Part shown: positions 31,622 through 41,078 of the stretch, one piece after another | Position numbering within the stretch: position 1 is the stretch's first letter | How the letters are laid out: every line of letters starts with the position of its first letter | Assembly: GCA_052170555.1 (NCBI GenBank) | Contig: JBQNAI010000005.1 | Location: 63,169-127,168, forward strand | Origin: Bacteroidales bacterium | Lineage (GTDB): Bacteria; Bacteroidota; Bacteroidia; Bacteroidales; P3 | Length of the DNA: 64,000 nt | Reading direction: 5' to 3' | The notes under the pieces: generated by a model | What the model saw: only the letters and a program-made list of their open reading frames with translations | What the model was told of the DNA's origin: nothing | Database searches by the model: none | Made by a program: the position numbers and the translations under genes

Positions 31622-31786
31622 AGCAATATCGCATTTCATAAAAATAAATTTAAAAGATAATTTATCCATATAAGAAAGTAGTTTTATTATTAGACATATT
31701 TGTATCTAAATATGATTTGATAGTAGGAAGGGGTTATACTTTCTGTTTGTAAATTCGTGAAGTAATATAATAAATTCATAAAAACA

Positions 31787-31826
31787 AAGAATCTTATGCG
31801 ATAGTTTCTGCATGAGGTTCTTTTTT
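31787..31826 (+). terminator. rho-independent terminator after gldJ
   Basis: 13-bp stem aagaatcttatgc / gcatgaggttctt (two G-U pairs), 10-nt loop, then tttttt. It ends 12 nt before the holA ATG. Confidence 0.6.
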
Positions 31827-31837
31827 GAAGTTTTATA

Positions 31838-32869
31838 ATGGCGACAATATCAATCTACTCTAAATTAAAACAAATTAAAGACTGCATTCAAAATAACGAC
31901 CTATTGCCTTTGTATCTTCTCAAAGGAGATGAGTCTTATTATATAGATCTAATCTGTAATGAATTTGAAAATAAAATTATTGATCAATCGGTAAAAGATT
32001 TTAATCAATCGGTTCTTTATGGAAAAGATACCAATGCTGTTCAGATAATATCTCTTTGTAGGCAATATCCTTTGATGTCAGACAAAAAACTTGTAATATT
32101 AAAAGAAGCACAGTTGATGGAAAAGAATCAATGGGCAAAGTTACTTATTTATCTTAACCATCCTCTGCAATCCACTATTCTTGTAATTTGCAATAAATCT
32201 CAAAATTTTGATTTAAGTTGTAAAAATGCTATACTAAAAAACAAAGGAATGGTATTTGAAAGTAATAAACTTAAAGAATATCAAGTACCTAAATGGATAA
32301 TCGATTTTGTTCATGCAAAAAATTTTTCAATTGATGAATACTGTGCAAATATGCTTTGTGAATATTTAGGAAATGACTTGCAAAAAATTGCAAATGAAAT
32401 AGGTAAAATGATATTAAACATCAAAAATCGTAAAAATATAACAAAAGAAGACATTAGTGAAAACGTTGGCATAAGCAAAGATTATAATGTTTTTGAACTT
32501 CAACATGCTTTAGGAACAAAAAATATAATTAAAGCTAATAATATTATCAACTATTTCGCACAAAATCCAAAAGAAAATCCTATGCAATTAGTCATTCCAA
32601 TACTATTTGCTTTTTTTACTAAACTTTTGATCGCCTCACAAGTATCGCCCAAAAATGCAAGCAATGTCGCAAATGCACTTAATTTTAAATCGGAATACGC
32701 CGTTAAGGATTATATGACAGCACTAAATCATTATTCTGTTCAACAGTTATTAAATATTATCTCTCTTTTCAATGAGTATGATTTAAAATCCAAAGGAATA
32801 AACGTTTCACCTATGCTGAGTGATAGAGAATTAATGAGGGAACTGGTTTTTAAAATTTTACACATATAA
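31838..32869 (+). CDS. holA: DNA polymerase III delta subunit
   Basis: 343-aa ORF with LYLLKGDESYYID N-terminus and overall HolA length and helical C-terminus. Confidence 0.8.
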   Translation: MATISIYSKLKQIKDCIQNNDLLPLYLLKGDESYYIDLICNEFENKIIDQSVKDFNQSVLYGKDTNAVQIISLCRQYPLMSDKKLVILKEAQLMEKNQWAKLLIYLNHPLQSTILVICNKSQNFDLSCKNAILKNKGMVFESNKLKEYQVPKWIIDFVHAKNFSIDEYCANMLCEYLGNDLQKIANEIGKMILNIKNRKNITKEDISENVGISKDYNVFELQHALGTKNIIKANNIINYFAQNPKENPMQLVIPILFAFFTKLLIASQVSPKNASNVANALNFKSEYAVKDYMTALNHYSVQQLLNIISLFNEYDLKSKGINVSPMLSDRELMRELVFKILHI

Positions 32870-32893
32870 TAAGTATATATATTAATTTGGTAT

Positions 32894-35197
32894 ATGAAAA
32901 AAGTACTTTCAATACTCATTTTATTATTGCTAAATATTCTTGCCTTTACACAAACAGGAATAGTAAAGGGGTTTATATATGATTCTACAAATGGAGAACC
33001 CGTAATGTTTGCTAACGTATCTATAGAAAATACTTCTTTGGGCACTAGCACTGACTTAAATGGATTTTTTGTGATAAACAAAATACCAAAAGGGTCTCAG
33101 AAACTAAAAATTCAAATCATAGGTTTTGCAGATACTGTCATAACATTAGATGTTGTTGCTGATAAATCACAGAATATAAAGATAGAATTGAGCCCTCAAT
33201 CACAAACTCTAGAAACTGTAGAAATTTTTGGCAATCAAGAACTAGCAAAGATAGAGTCTCGTGTATCTGTCAAAAAAATAACCGTCGCTGATATTCAAAA
33301 GATACCATCCACCGGTGGACAAGCTGATCTTGCTCAATATATTCAAATACTTCCCGGAGTAGTTTTTTCTGGAGATCAAGGTGGTCAATTATACATACGT
33401 GGTGGTTCTGCTATTCACAACAAGGTTTTATTAGACGGAATGACCATTTACAATCCTTTTCATTCCATTGGTTTGTTTTCTGTCTTTGAGACAGATATTA
33501 TTCGTAACGCAGATATCTATACAGGTGGCTTCAATGCTCGTTATGGAGGGAGATTATCTTCCATAATGGATATTACAACAAGAGATGGAAACAAAAAGGT
33601 TACATCCGGCAAGATTGCACTATCAACTTTTGGCACTTCAACTATTATAGAAGGACCTGTTATTGCAGATAAACAAGATAAAGAGTATTCTATTTCCTAT
33701 CTTTTGACGGCAAAAAATTCATATCTTTCTCAAACATCAAAATCCGTTTATTCTTACAGTGAGATTGAATTACCATATGACTTTTTTGATTTATACGGTA
33801 AATTAACTATTGCCTCAAAAAGCGGAAGCAAGACAAATATTTTTGGATTCAATTTCACCGATAAAGTAAATGGTTACAAAAGTATTGCAGACTTCAATTG
33901 GAGAAATAGTGGCGGAGGAGCAAATTTTATAATTGTTCCGACCAGTTCATCATCTATTGTTCAGGGGGTAATTGCCTATTCCGATTATTCTATGAAAATG
34001 AAAGAGAAAACGGCAACAACAGAACAAAAGAGTAACATAAGTTCATTCAACGGTAGTTTGGACGTGACACAATTCATTTCTAAAAATCAACTACGTTATG
34101 GCGTAGATCTAATGTGGAATACTACCCAAACTCAATTCGAAAAACAGAAAGAAGAACAGAAAGATTATTCATCCGATGTTGGCATATATATGGTTTTTAA
34201 AGGATTTATAAGTAAACTTCTTTATGAACCTAGTTTACGACTATCCTACTATGCTTCTCTATCAGAAGCAATCTTAGAACCACGCCTATCTTTGAAATTG
34301 AATCTCTCTGATAATGTACGTTTGAAAGTCGCTTTAGGTAAATATTCTCAGACTTTTATAGACACAAAATCAGATAGAGATATTGTTAATTTATTTACAG
34401 GCTATCTAACCGCTAACCCCGATCTTTTTGGAGGAGTTGTATCTACTTATCGCAATGAAGCAGTTGAACATTATGTAGAAAAATCCAATCATTTTATATT
34501 TGGAATAGAATATGATGTAATAAAAAATATTAGTTTAAATATTGAGGCGTATTACAAGACAATGGACAATCTTATTGCTGTTAATAGAGACCGTATCTAT
34601 AATGACGATGCAGATCACAGTACATATCCCGAGTATCAAAAGAAAAACTTTGCTATTGAACAAGGAAGAGCGTGGGGTGGAGACATAAGCTTAAAATACA
34701 GTGATGGAAGGTTATATATTTGGGCTATATATTCAATAGGTAAAGTTGAGAAAACAAATGAGAAACGTACATATACTCCTCATTATGATAGGAGACATAA
34801 TATCAATATTCTAACCTCTTACCAAATAGGTATAGATCGTTCTTGGGAGATCAGTGCTCGTTGGAATTATGGTTCGGGCTTCCCTTTTACTGCTACGGCT
34901 GGTTTTGGAGAAGTACTGTCTTTGTCTGATGGTATAGGAGCCGATTACGTCTCATCAGCCGGCAATTTGACTACGATATATGGTGAATTAAATGCAAAAA
35001 GGCTTCCGTCTTATCATCGTTTGGATATTTCCGTTAAAAAACGTTTTAGTATGTTCAAACACTCAACATTGGAAATTGAAGCAAGTGTTACTAATGTTTA
35101 TAATAGAAATAATATGTTTTATTATGATAGAATATCAGCCGAGCGTATAAACCAACTACCTATAATGCCATCTTTAGGTACAACTCTAAGATTTTAA
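32894..35197 (+). CDS. TonB-dependent outer-membrane receptor with carboxypeptidase-regulatory-like domain
   Basis: Signal peptide (AFT|QT), N-terminal GIVKGFIYDSTNGEPVMFANVSI domain, plug region, long beta-barrel, C-terminal ...TTLRF. Confidence 0.85.
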   Translation: MKKVLSILILLLLNILAFTQTGIVKGFIYDSTNGEPVMFANVSIENTSLGTSTDLNGFFVINKIPKGSQKLKIQIIGFADTVITLDVVADKSQNIKIELSPQSQTLETVEIFGNQELAKIESRVSVKKITVADIQKIPSTGGQADLAQYIQILPGVVFSGDQGGQLYIRGGSAIHNKVLLDGMTIYNPFHSIGLFSVFETDIIRNADIYTGGFNARYGGRLSSIMDITTRDGNKKVTSGKIALSTFGTSTIIEGPVIADKQDKEYSISYLLTAKNSYLSQTSKSVYSYSEIELPYDFFDLYGKLTIASKSGSKTNIFGFNFTDKVNGYKSIADFNWRNSGGGANFIIVPTSSSSIVQGVIAYSDYSMKMKEKTATTEQKSNISSFNGSLDVTQFISKNQLRYGVDLMWNTTQTQFEKQKEEQKDYSSDVGIYMVFKGFISKLLYEPSLRLSYYASLSEAILEPRLSLKLNLSDNVRLKVALGKYSQTFIDTKSDRDIVNLFTGYLTANPDLFGGVVSTYRNEAVEHYVEKSNHFIFGIEYDVIKNISLNIEAYYKTMDNLIAVNRDRIYNDDADHSTYPEYQKKNFAIEQGRAWGGDISLKYSDGRLYIWAIYSIGKVEKTNEKRTYTPHYDRRHNINILTSYQIGIDRSWEISARWNYGSGFPFTATAGFGEVLSLSDGIGADYVSSAGNLTTIYGELNAKRLPSYHRLDISVKKRFSMFKHSTLEIEASVTNVYNRNNMFYYDRISAERINQLPIMPSLGTTLRF

Positions 35198-35347
35198 CAT
35201 TATACTTTTTTGCGATTATGCCTTTTGTTATAGCAAGAAATTTCCTTAGATATATTCTTACATAATATTTTTATATTTTTTTTTAGAAATATCAATACGA
35301 GAACAATTGTATTTAGTTTTATTAATCTCTACATTGCATGTCAACAG

Positions 35348-35407
35348 ATCCTTTTCAAAAAAGAATCTACCAATGTCAAGAAAGGATTTTTTCTTTTCAA
35401 AAAACGA
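35348..35407. repeat. intergenic mosaic repeat (M3 + M2 + M3-like)
   Basis: atccttttcaaaaaaga (35348-35364), aatgtcaagaaagga (35372-35386) and tcttttcaaaaaacga (35392-35407). Confidence 0.7.
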
Positions 35408-35508
35408 AATAACATAAGAACGCCCAATTCCATCTAATTAAGTATCAAACTTTATGTTAAATAATTAGAGGCAAATAGGTATCAATTATTAGATTTTATA
35501 TAAGAATT

Positions 35509-36453
35509 CTATACGTTGATTTCCTTGATATCCACAAACTTATTTACAAGTGCATATATCGTCAAACCGCTTGGAGAATGAATGTTAAGTTTCTTCGCTA
35601 TATTTCTGCGGTGTGTAGTTACAGTATTAATAGAAATACACAATTTATCCCCTATTTCCTTGTTTGTTAATCCTTTTACTACGCCTATTATTATTTCTTT
35701 CTCTCTTTCGGACAGCTCTTGCGATAATATTTCATCATCATCTACATTTGTATTAGTATTAGTATTCCTCTGATTGCGATATTCTAAACGCCTTATCTCA
35801 GGTAACAACAACACAGTTTCTATTCTATCGTGAATATATAAATCATATTCACATAAAAACAAGTGTTGCAATATATTATAGACCATATCGTTTCCAGATT
35901 GCGAAGAATAATATTTTATTATCAAATTTTTTAATTCCGAAAGTTTTTGTTCTATCGGTGAAGTATGCATTCTAGATATTTCGTTTGCAAGACTTTTAAC
36001 TCTTTTACCTGCAATCAAATCTGAAGTTTTAGAAAAAATTTCTTTATCCTCTGTTTCCATATGACAATTTAACTCTTTACAGTACTCATCAAAGAATTTA
36101 ATAATTAAAAATGTAACATCATTATCCTGAGATGACCCTAAAGCATCTATCAAATGGCGTCTTATATGAGGCAAAAGAAAATTAAGTAAATAAGTATGAG
36201 TATTTTGCAGATAGGATTGTAAAGTATACAAATCAACCTGTCCCTCCATAGGCTCGTAATCTCCACCAGAGGAAGTAAAATTAACAATTGCTAAAAATGT
36301 TTTAATATCTATTTTGTTTTCACGACACACTTGCTCTATTGTTTTTTCTCCTACTCCCAGCGGAATACCGAAACGGGATACCACCTGCAAAAGCCTTTCG
36401 TTCGAACATAAAAGTTCAAACATTTTATCGTCTTTCGTGTATTTTTCTTTCAT
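35509..36453 (-). CDS. LuxR-family transcriptional regulator with hemerythrin-like sensor region
   Basis: C-terminal LSEREKEII..GLTNKEIGDKLCISINTVTTHRRNI HTH. The N-terminal ~230 aa carries HxxxE-type spacings (HMETE, HDRIE) and further conserved-looking His residues. Divergent from feoAB. First ATG at 36453. Confidence 0.7.
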   Translation of the reverse strand: MKEKYTKDDKMFELLCSNERLLQVVSRFGIPLGVGEKTIEQVCRENKIDIKTFLAIVNFTSSGGDYEPMEGQVDLYTLQSYLQNTHTYLLNFLLPHIRRHLIDALGSSQDNDVTFLIIKFFDEYCKELNCHMETEDKEIFSKTSDLIAGKRVKSLANEISRMHTSPIEQKLSELKNLIIKYYSSQSGNDMVYNILQHLFLCEYDLYIHDRIETVLLLPEIRRLEYRNQRNTNTNTNVDDDEILSQELSEREKEIIIGVVKGLTNKEIGDKLCISINTVTTHRRNIAKKLNIHSPSGLTIYALVNKFVDIKEINV

Positions 36454-36725
36454 TATTCCCAAAAATTGATTCGTATTATAACGCCATTTATTGAAATTTT
36501 AGTATAAGTACAACACATTTTTAATCTCCATTTCTTCCATTAAAAATCATATAAATTTACAATTTCATATCATTATCCTATGTATTTATCATTACATTTA
36601 ACTTTATAATCAGTAGAAATTCATTTGAATAATTTTTCTTTCATTTACTCAATTTATCACATTCAAATATCTAAATCAAATGTTCAAAAATGTACGAAAG
36701 TTTAGAAGTTGTATTTTTCAATTAA

Positions 36726-36745
36726 AATACTCAATATTGAGTATT
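36726..36745. promoter_or_regulatory. perfect 20-bp palindrome (candidate operator) in the feoAB promoter
   Basis: aatactcaat|attgagtatt is an exact palindrome ending 21 nt upstream of the -7 box, so it covers the expected -33 region. Confidence 0.55.
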
Positions 36746-36766
36746 GACCATAATTATAAAAAATCT

Positions 36767-36774
36767 TATTTTTG
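36767..36774 (+). promoter_or_regulatory. -7 box TATTTTTG for feoAB
   Basis: Exact TAnnTTTG, 71 nt upstream of the ATG at 36846. Confidence 0.5.
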
Positions 36775-36845
36775 CACACTGGTATTTTTATAATGTTACA
36801 TTGTATTATACAAATTTGGTATGTGGTATAAAAACTCTGTTTGCT

Positions 36846-39236
36846 ATGAGACTATCCGAACTTAAAACTGGAGAAAAAGGAATAATTGTTAAAGTATTCG
36901 GACATGGTGCTTTCAGAAAACGTATCTTAGAAATGGGTTTTGTGAGTGGTAATGTCGTAGAATCTATCCTCAATGCTCCACTTAATGACCCAATAAAATA
37001 CAAATTGCTAAATTTTGAAGTTTCTTTGCGACATAAAGACGCAGAACAAATAGAGATAGTGAGTTTTGATGATGCCAGTTCGTTAGGTACTAGAAATAAT
37101 GCAACTTTACATAGTCTTCAATTTGATATTCCTGAAAATATTAAAGCTCTTGCTGAAAAAAAATCTAAAACCATTAATGTTGCTTTGGTAGGAAATCCAA
37201 ATTGTGGTAAAACTTCTGTTTTCAATATTGCAGCTCACGCACATGAACACGTTGGTAATTACAGTGGAGTTACTGTTGATGAAAAAATAGGAACATTTAA
37301 ATATAAGGACTATACTTTCAACTTGACAGACTTACCTGGCACATATTCTCTTAGTGCATATTCGCCTGAGGAATTGTATGTTCGCAAACATATAATGAAT
37401 AAACATCCAGATATAATTCTAAATGTATTAGATGCTTCAAATATCGAACGTAATCTCTATCTAACTACTCAAATCATTGACATGGATTTGAAAATTGTCA
37501 TAGCATTAAATATGTTTGATGAGTTACAAAAAAGCGGAGATAAGTTGGATTACTATCAAATGGCAACACTTCTCGGTATCCCTATTGTGCCAACAACCGG
37601 GAGAACAGGAGAAGGAATAAGTGCCTTGTTTGATAAAATAATAGATGTTTATGAAGACAAAGACAAACAAGCTCACCATATTCATGTCAATCACGGAGAA
37701 GATATTGAAAAGAGAATAAAAGAACTCAGATTTGCACTTTGTTCCCACAAATTCTCAGACGATATGTCTACTCGGTTTCTTGCCATTAAACTTTTGGAAA
37801 ATGACGCAGACATGGAAGCGTTTGTTTGTGCCAACGATCCTGATAATAGTGTTATTACTTTAAGAAATGAAATCAAATTAGCTTTTGAAAAAGAAAACAA
37901 AACTGATTTGGAAACTGCTATCACCGACGCCAAATATGGATTCATAAGAGGAGCTCTCAAAGAGGTATATCAAAAAAATGAAAAGCCCAATGGACACAAG
38001 CTGACAGATAGTATAGACTCTATCGTTACAAACAAATACTTAGGATTTCCTATTTTTATCTTGTTTATGTTCATTACATTTTTTTCAACATTCTTTATAG
38101 GACAATATCCTATGGATTGGATAGATGCTCTATTTGGTTGGTTGGGAGAAAAAGTTTCATTATTGATGTCAGACGGCCCCCTAAAAGATTTACTTGTAGA
38201 TGGTATAATATCAGGTGTGGGAAGTGTAATCGTTTTTTTACCAAACATTTTAATACTTTATCTATTTATTTCATTTATGGAAGATAGTGGCTATATGTCT
38301 CGTGCAGCTTTCATAATGGATAAATTAATGCATAAGATGGGACTGCATGGGAAAAGCTTTATTCCTATGATTATGGGATTTGGTTGTAATATCCCTGCAA
38401 TAATGTCTACCCGTACGATTGAGGATAGGAAATCCAGATTGATAACTATGCTAATAATTCCTTTAATGTCTTGCTCTGCAAGAATACCAGTATATCTAAT
38501 TTTAATAGGAGCATTTTTCCCAACAAAAGCTCCGCTAATTCTTTTGTTTTTATATGTATTAGGGATGTCGCTCGCCATAATTATGGCAAAATTATTTAGT
38601 AAATTTATAGTAAAAGGTCAAAGTTCACCTTTTGTTATGGAACTTCCTCCCTACCGTATGCCTACACAGAAGGCGGTACTACGACACACTTGGGAAAAGG
38701 GTAAGGAATATTTGAAAAAAATGGGCACAATAATTCTCTTTGCTTCAATTCTAGTCTGGGCATTGGGATATTATCCTAATCACGATGCATATAAAGGTTC
38801 CAAAGAACAGATAGAAAATTCATATTTGGGAAAAATCGGGAAAAGTATAGAACCCGCAATGTCTCCGTGCGGATTTGATTGGAAACAAAGCGTATCTTTA
38901 CTCAGCGGAGCATTTGCAAAGGAAATTGTTGCCTCAACTATGGGTGTTCTTTATTCGTCCTCTGACGACAGTGAGAGTGAAGCATCAGGTATTGTAGATG
39001 GTGATGAAGCAAATCTCAGAATTTCACGTCTTGTTCACAACAATATGACTCCTTTATCTGCATTGTGTATGCTTATTTTTGTACTTCTATATATGCCTTG
39101 CTTGTCAACAGTGGTTGCTATTAAAAGTGAAACTGGCAAATGGAAATGGACACTATTTGTTATGGTTTATACTATTTGTTTAGCATGGATTTGCTCTACT
39201 ATAGTCTTTCAGGTAGGAAATCTTATCATTTCTTAA
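36846..39236 (+). CDS. feoB: ferrous iron transporter, FeoA-FeoB fusion
   Basis: N-terminal FeoA SH3-like segment (LSELKTGEKGIIVKV), G domain (GNPNCGKTS, DLPGTYS), and polytopic membrane domain. Start at MRLSEL. Confidence 0.92.
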   Translation: MRLSELKTGEKGIIVKVFGHGAFRKRILEMGFVSGNVVESILNAPLNDPIKYKLLNFEVSLRHKDAEQIEIVSFDDASSLGTRNNATLHSLQFDIPENIKALAEKKSKTINVALVGNPNCGKTSVFNIAAHAHEHVGNYSGVTVDEKIGTFKYKDYTFNLTDLPGTYSLSAYSPEELYVRKHIMNKHPDIILNVLDASNIERNLYLTTQIIDMDLKIVIALNMFDELQKSGDKLDYYQMATLLGIPIVPTTGRTGEGISALFDKIIDVYEDKDKQAHHIHVNHGEDIEKRIKELRFALCSHKFSDDMSTRFLAIKLLENDADMEAFVCANDPDNSVITLRNEIKLAFEKENKTDLETAITDAKYGFIRGALKEVYQKNEKPNGHKLTDSIDSIVTNKYLGFPIFILFMFITFFSTFFIGQYPMDWIDALFGWLGEKVSLLMSDGPLKDLLVDGIISGVGSVIVFLPNILILYLFISFMEDSGYMSRAAFIMDKLMHKMGLHGKSFIPMIMGFGCNIPAIMSTRTIEDRKSRLITMLIIPLMSCSARIPVYLILIGAFFPTKAPLILLFLYVLGMSLAIIMAKLFSKFIVKGQSSPFVMELPPYRMPTQKAVLRHTWEKGKEYLKKMGTIILFASILVWALGYYPNHDAYKGSKEQIENSYLGKIGKSIEPAMSPCGFDWKQSVSLLSGAFAKEIVASTMGVLYSSSDDSESEASGIVDGDEANLRISRLVHNNMTPLSALCMLIFVLLYMPCLSTVVAIKSETGKWKWTLFVMVYTICLAWICSTIVFQVGNLIIS

Positions 39237-39303
39237 TATTATGATTATTAGATAAAACAAATCAAACTTTGAAAATACAACATCAATACAACAAGACAAC
39301 AAT

Positions 39304-39471
39304 ATGAGTCTCGCAGTACAAAATATTTTAGTTAGTCTAGTGATAATGGTATCTGCTTTTTTCTTTTTAAAAAAATTTATTGGCAAAATCACTGGTAAAG
39401 AAAAAGAATGCAATTGCAAAGGAGGAAGTTGCAATTGTTCAACCTGCCGACATTCTAACAAATCAAACTAA
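39304..39471 (+). CDS. FeoB-associated Cys-rich small membrane protein
   Basis: 55-codon ORF, below the track cutoff: MSLAVQNILVSLVIMVSAFFFLKKFIGKITGKEKECNCKGGSCNCSTCRHSNKSN. One TM helix plus a Cys-rich tail. Starts 68 nt after feoB. Confidence 0.7.
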   Translation: MSLAVQNILVSLVIMVSAFFFLKKFIGKITGKEKECNCKGGSCNCSTCRHSNKSN

Positions 39472-39492
39472 TAGCATTCTTATATACGTAAA

Positions 39493-39530
39493 CCAAATTC
39501 TCACATTAATGAATTAAAGTGAGAATTTGG
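39493..39530 (+). repeat. 12-bp perfect inverted repeat carrying the M1 core
   Basis: ccaaattctcac (39493-39504) and gtgagaatttgg (39519-39530) with a 14-nt loop. There is no clear T-tract. It is followed by taggacttta at 39541. Confidence 0.7.
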
Positions 39531-39625
39531 TGAAATAGTGTAGGACTTTACTTTATTGAAATGTATTGCTTAGGATTTATTTTCTCATTTAATATGAGAT
39601 GCATCTTTGTTTTGAAAATTTTATT

Positions 39626-39633
39626 TACCTTTG
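39626..39633 (+). promoter_or_regulatory. -7 box TACCTTTG
   Basis: Exact TAnnTTTG, 43 nt upstream of the ATG at 39677. Confidence 0.55.
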
Positions 39634-39676
39634 TGCGTTATTTATACTGCGTAGTATATTTTTGTATTACATAACA

Positions 39677-40966
39677 ATGAAGACAACTAGACAAAGCATA
39701 ATATTTTTCTTATCCTCCGTATTATTTTTTCTGAGTTTTCAATCACTTATTGCTCAAATAGATGCCAAAAGTATTGAAAATCCTAAAATAAAAGGATTAA
39801 CAAATTGGGTAAATAATCAAGACAATATACTTTCTATGCAGACAGTACAGTTGCTTAATGAAAATATCAATCGCTTATATGACTCCACATCATGTCAAAT
39901 AAGTGTGGTCGTTATAGAAGGAGACAAACAAACTTCTGCTCGTGACCTTAGCATGGAACTATTCGACTTGTGGCAACCAGGAGGGAAAGATAAGAATAAT
40001 GGCATGATAATTTTGGTAGTTACTCAGGCACGACAGTGTTTTTTTAGGACAGGTTATGGTCTTGAACACATTATTACCGATGCAAAATCTACAAAAATTT
40101 TTTCTCAGATAATGAAACCATACTTCATCGAAGGGAAATGGGACGAGGGGGTCACACAAGGAACAATGGAAATTATCAATCAATTATACAAACAGTATGA
40201 CAATTATTCTAACATTACAGGTAAAGAATATGATTCCAAAAGTTTAATAAAAAAATTGTTGATTGGTTATTTTTTCATTGGATGTATTGTTTTTATTTTA
40301 ATTACAAGACTGCAAAAATTATCAATAAAAGATATTGAATACACTTTTAGATCTAAAAGAGTAAATCGTTATAAAAAAGTATTCAGAAATTATGTAGGTA
40401 TCATTGCCACTTTATCTATCTTTACATTACCTATATTCGTTATAATGTATAAATGGCGACTTTATATGATAAGAAATGAAAAAGTTTTCTGTACTTGTGG
40501 TAACGAAATGAGACTTTTGTCCGAAAAAAATGAAGATGAATTTTTAAATCATTCGCAACAGTTAGAAGAATCCCTCAAATCAAGAGATTATGACGTATGG
40601 TTATGTCCCAAATGTGGTAGAATTGCTGTGTATTGTTACGAAAAAAATTCTTATTATGAAAATTGTCCCATATGTCATGCTAAAACATACGCTAAAATTT
40701 CAGAACAAATAATCCATACCGGTGTTTTAAAACAAAAAAATATAGTACGAAAAACGTATTATTGTAAAAACTGTCATCACAAAGACAATATAGACGAAAA
40801 GGTGGATAATTCACTTTCACTTATTGGAGGTATAATGGCGGGAAATATAATGGGAAGTATGGATTCTGTAAAAGACTATGGACAACACAGAGGATTCAAA
40901 AATTTTTCTGGTGGATCATTCGGCGGAGGTTTCTCTGGTGGCGGAGGAGGAGGGGGAAGTTGGTAA
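39677..40966 (+). CDS. TPM-domain protein with two TM segments, zinc-ribbon-like insert and Gly-rich tail
   Basis: Signal peptide (LIA|QI), TPM/YgcG-like region, TM helices, four Cys pairs (CTC, CPKC, CPIC, CKNC), C-terminal GGSFGGGFSGGGGGGGSW. Upstream of lemA. Confidence 0.7.
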   Translation: MKTTRQSIIFFLSSVLFFLSFQSLIAQIDAKSIENPKIKGLTNWVNNQDNILSMQTVQLLNENINRLYDSTSCQISVVVIEGDKQTSARDLSMELFDLWQPGGKDKNNGMIILVVTQARQCFFRTGYGLEHIITDAKSTKIFSQIMKPYFIEGKWDEGVTQGTMEIINQLYKQYDNYSNITGKEYDSKSLIKKLLIGYFFIGCIVFILITRLQKLSIKDIEYTFRSKRVNRYKKVFRNYVGIIATLSIFTLPIFVIMYKWRLYMIRNEKVFCTCGNEMRLLSEKNEDEFLNHSQQLEESLKSRDYDVWLCPKCGRIAVYCYEKNSYYENCPICHAKTYAKISEQIIHTGVLKQKNIVRKTYYCKNCHHKDNIDEKVDNSLSLIGGIMAGNIMGSMDSVKDYGQHRGFKNFSGGSFGGGFSGGGGGGGSW

Positions 40967-41078
40967 TGAATATACTTATTTCATAATAATATCAAAATAT
41001 CAACTATTTGATTTTATAACTTGATAAAAAAAACAAATGAATTCAATAAAATATTAACGATAGAAAATATAAAGAAAA

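Noticed and set aside
35750-35766. Tandem hexanucleotide gtatta x3
   Set aside because: It lies inside the LuxR-type gene and simply encodes an NTNTNT linker. This is a trivial micro-repeat.
36726-36745. Calling the feoAB palindrome a Fur box
   Set aside because: It does not resemble the classical Fur consensus, and I cannot verify a Bacteroidota-specific Fur motif from memory. I kept it as an unassigned candidate operator.
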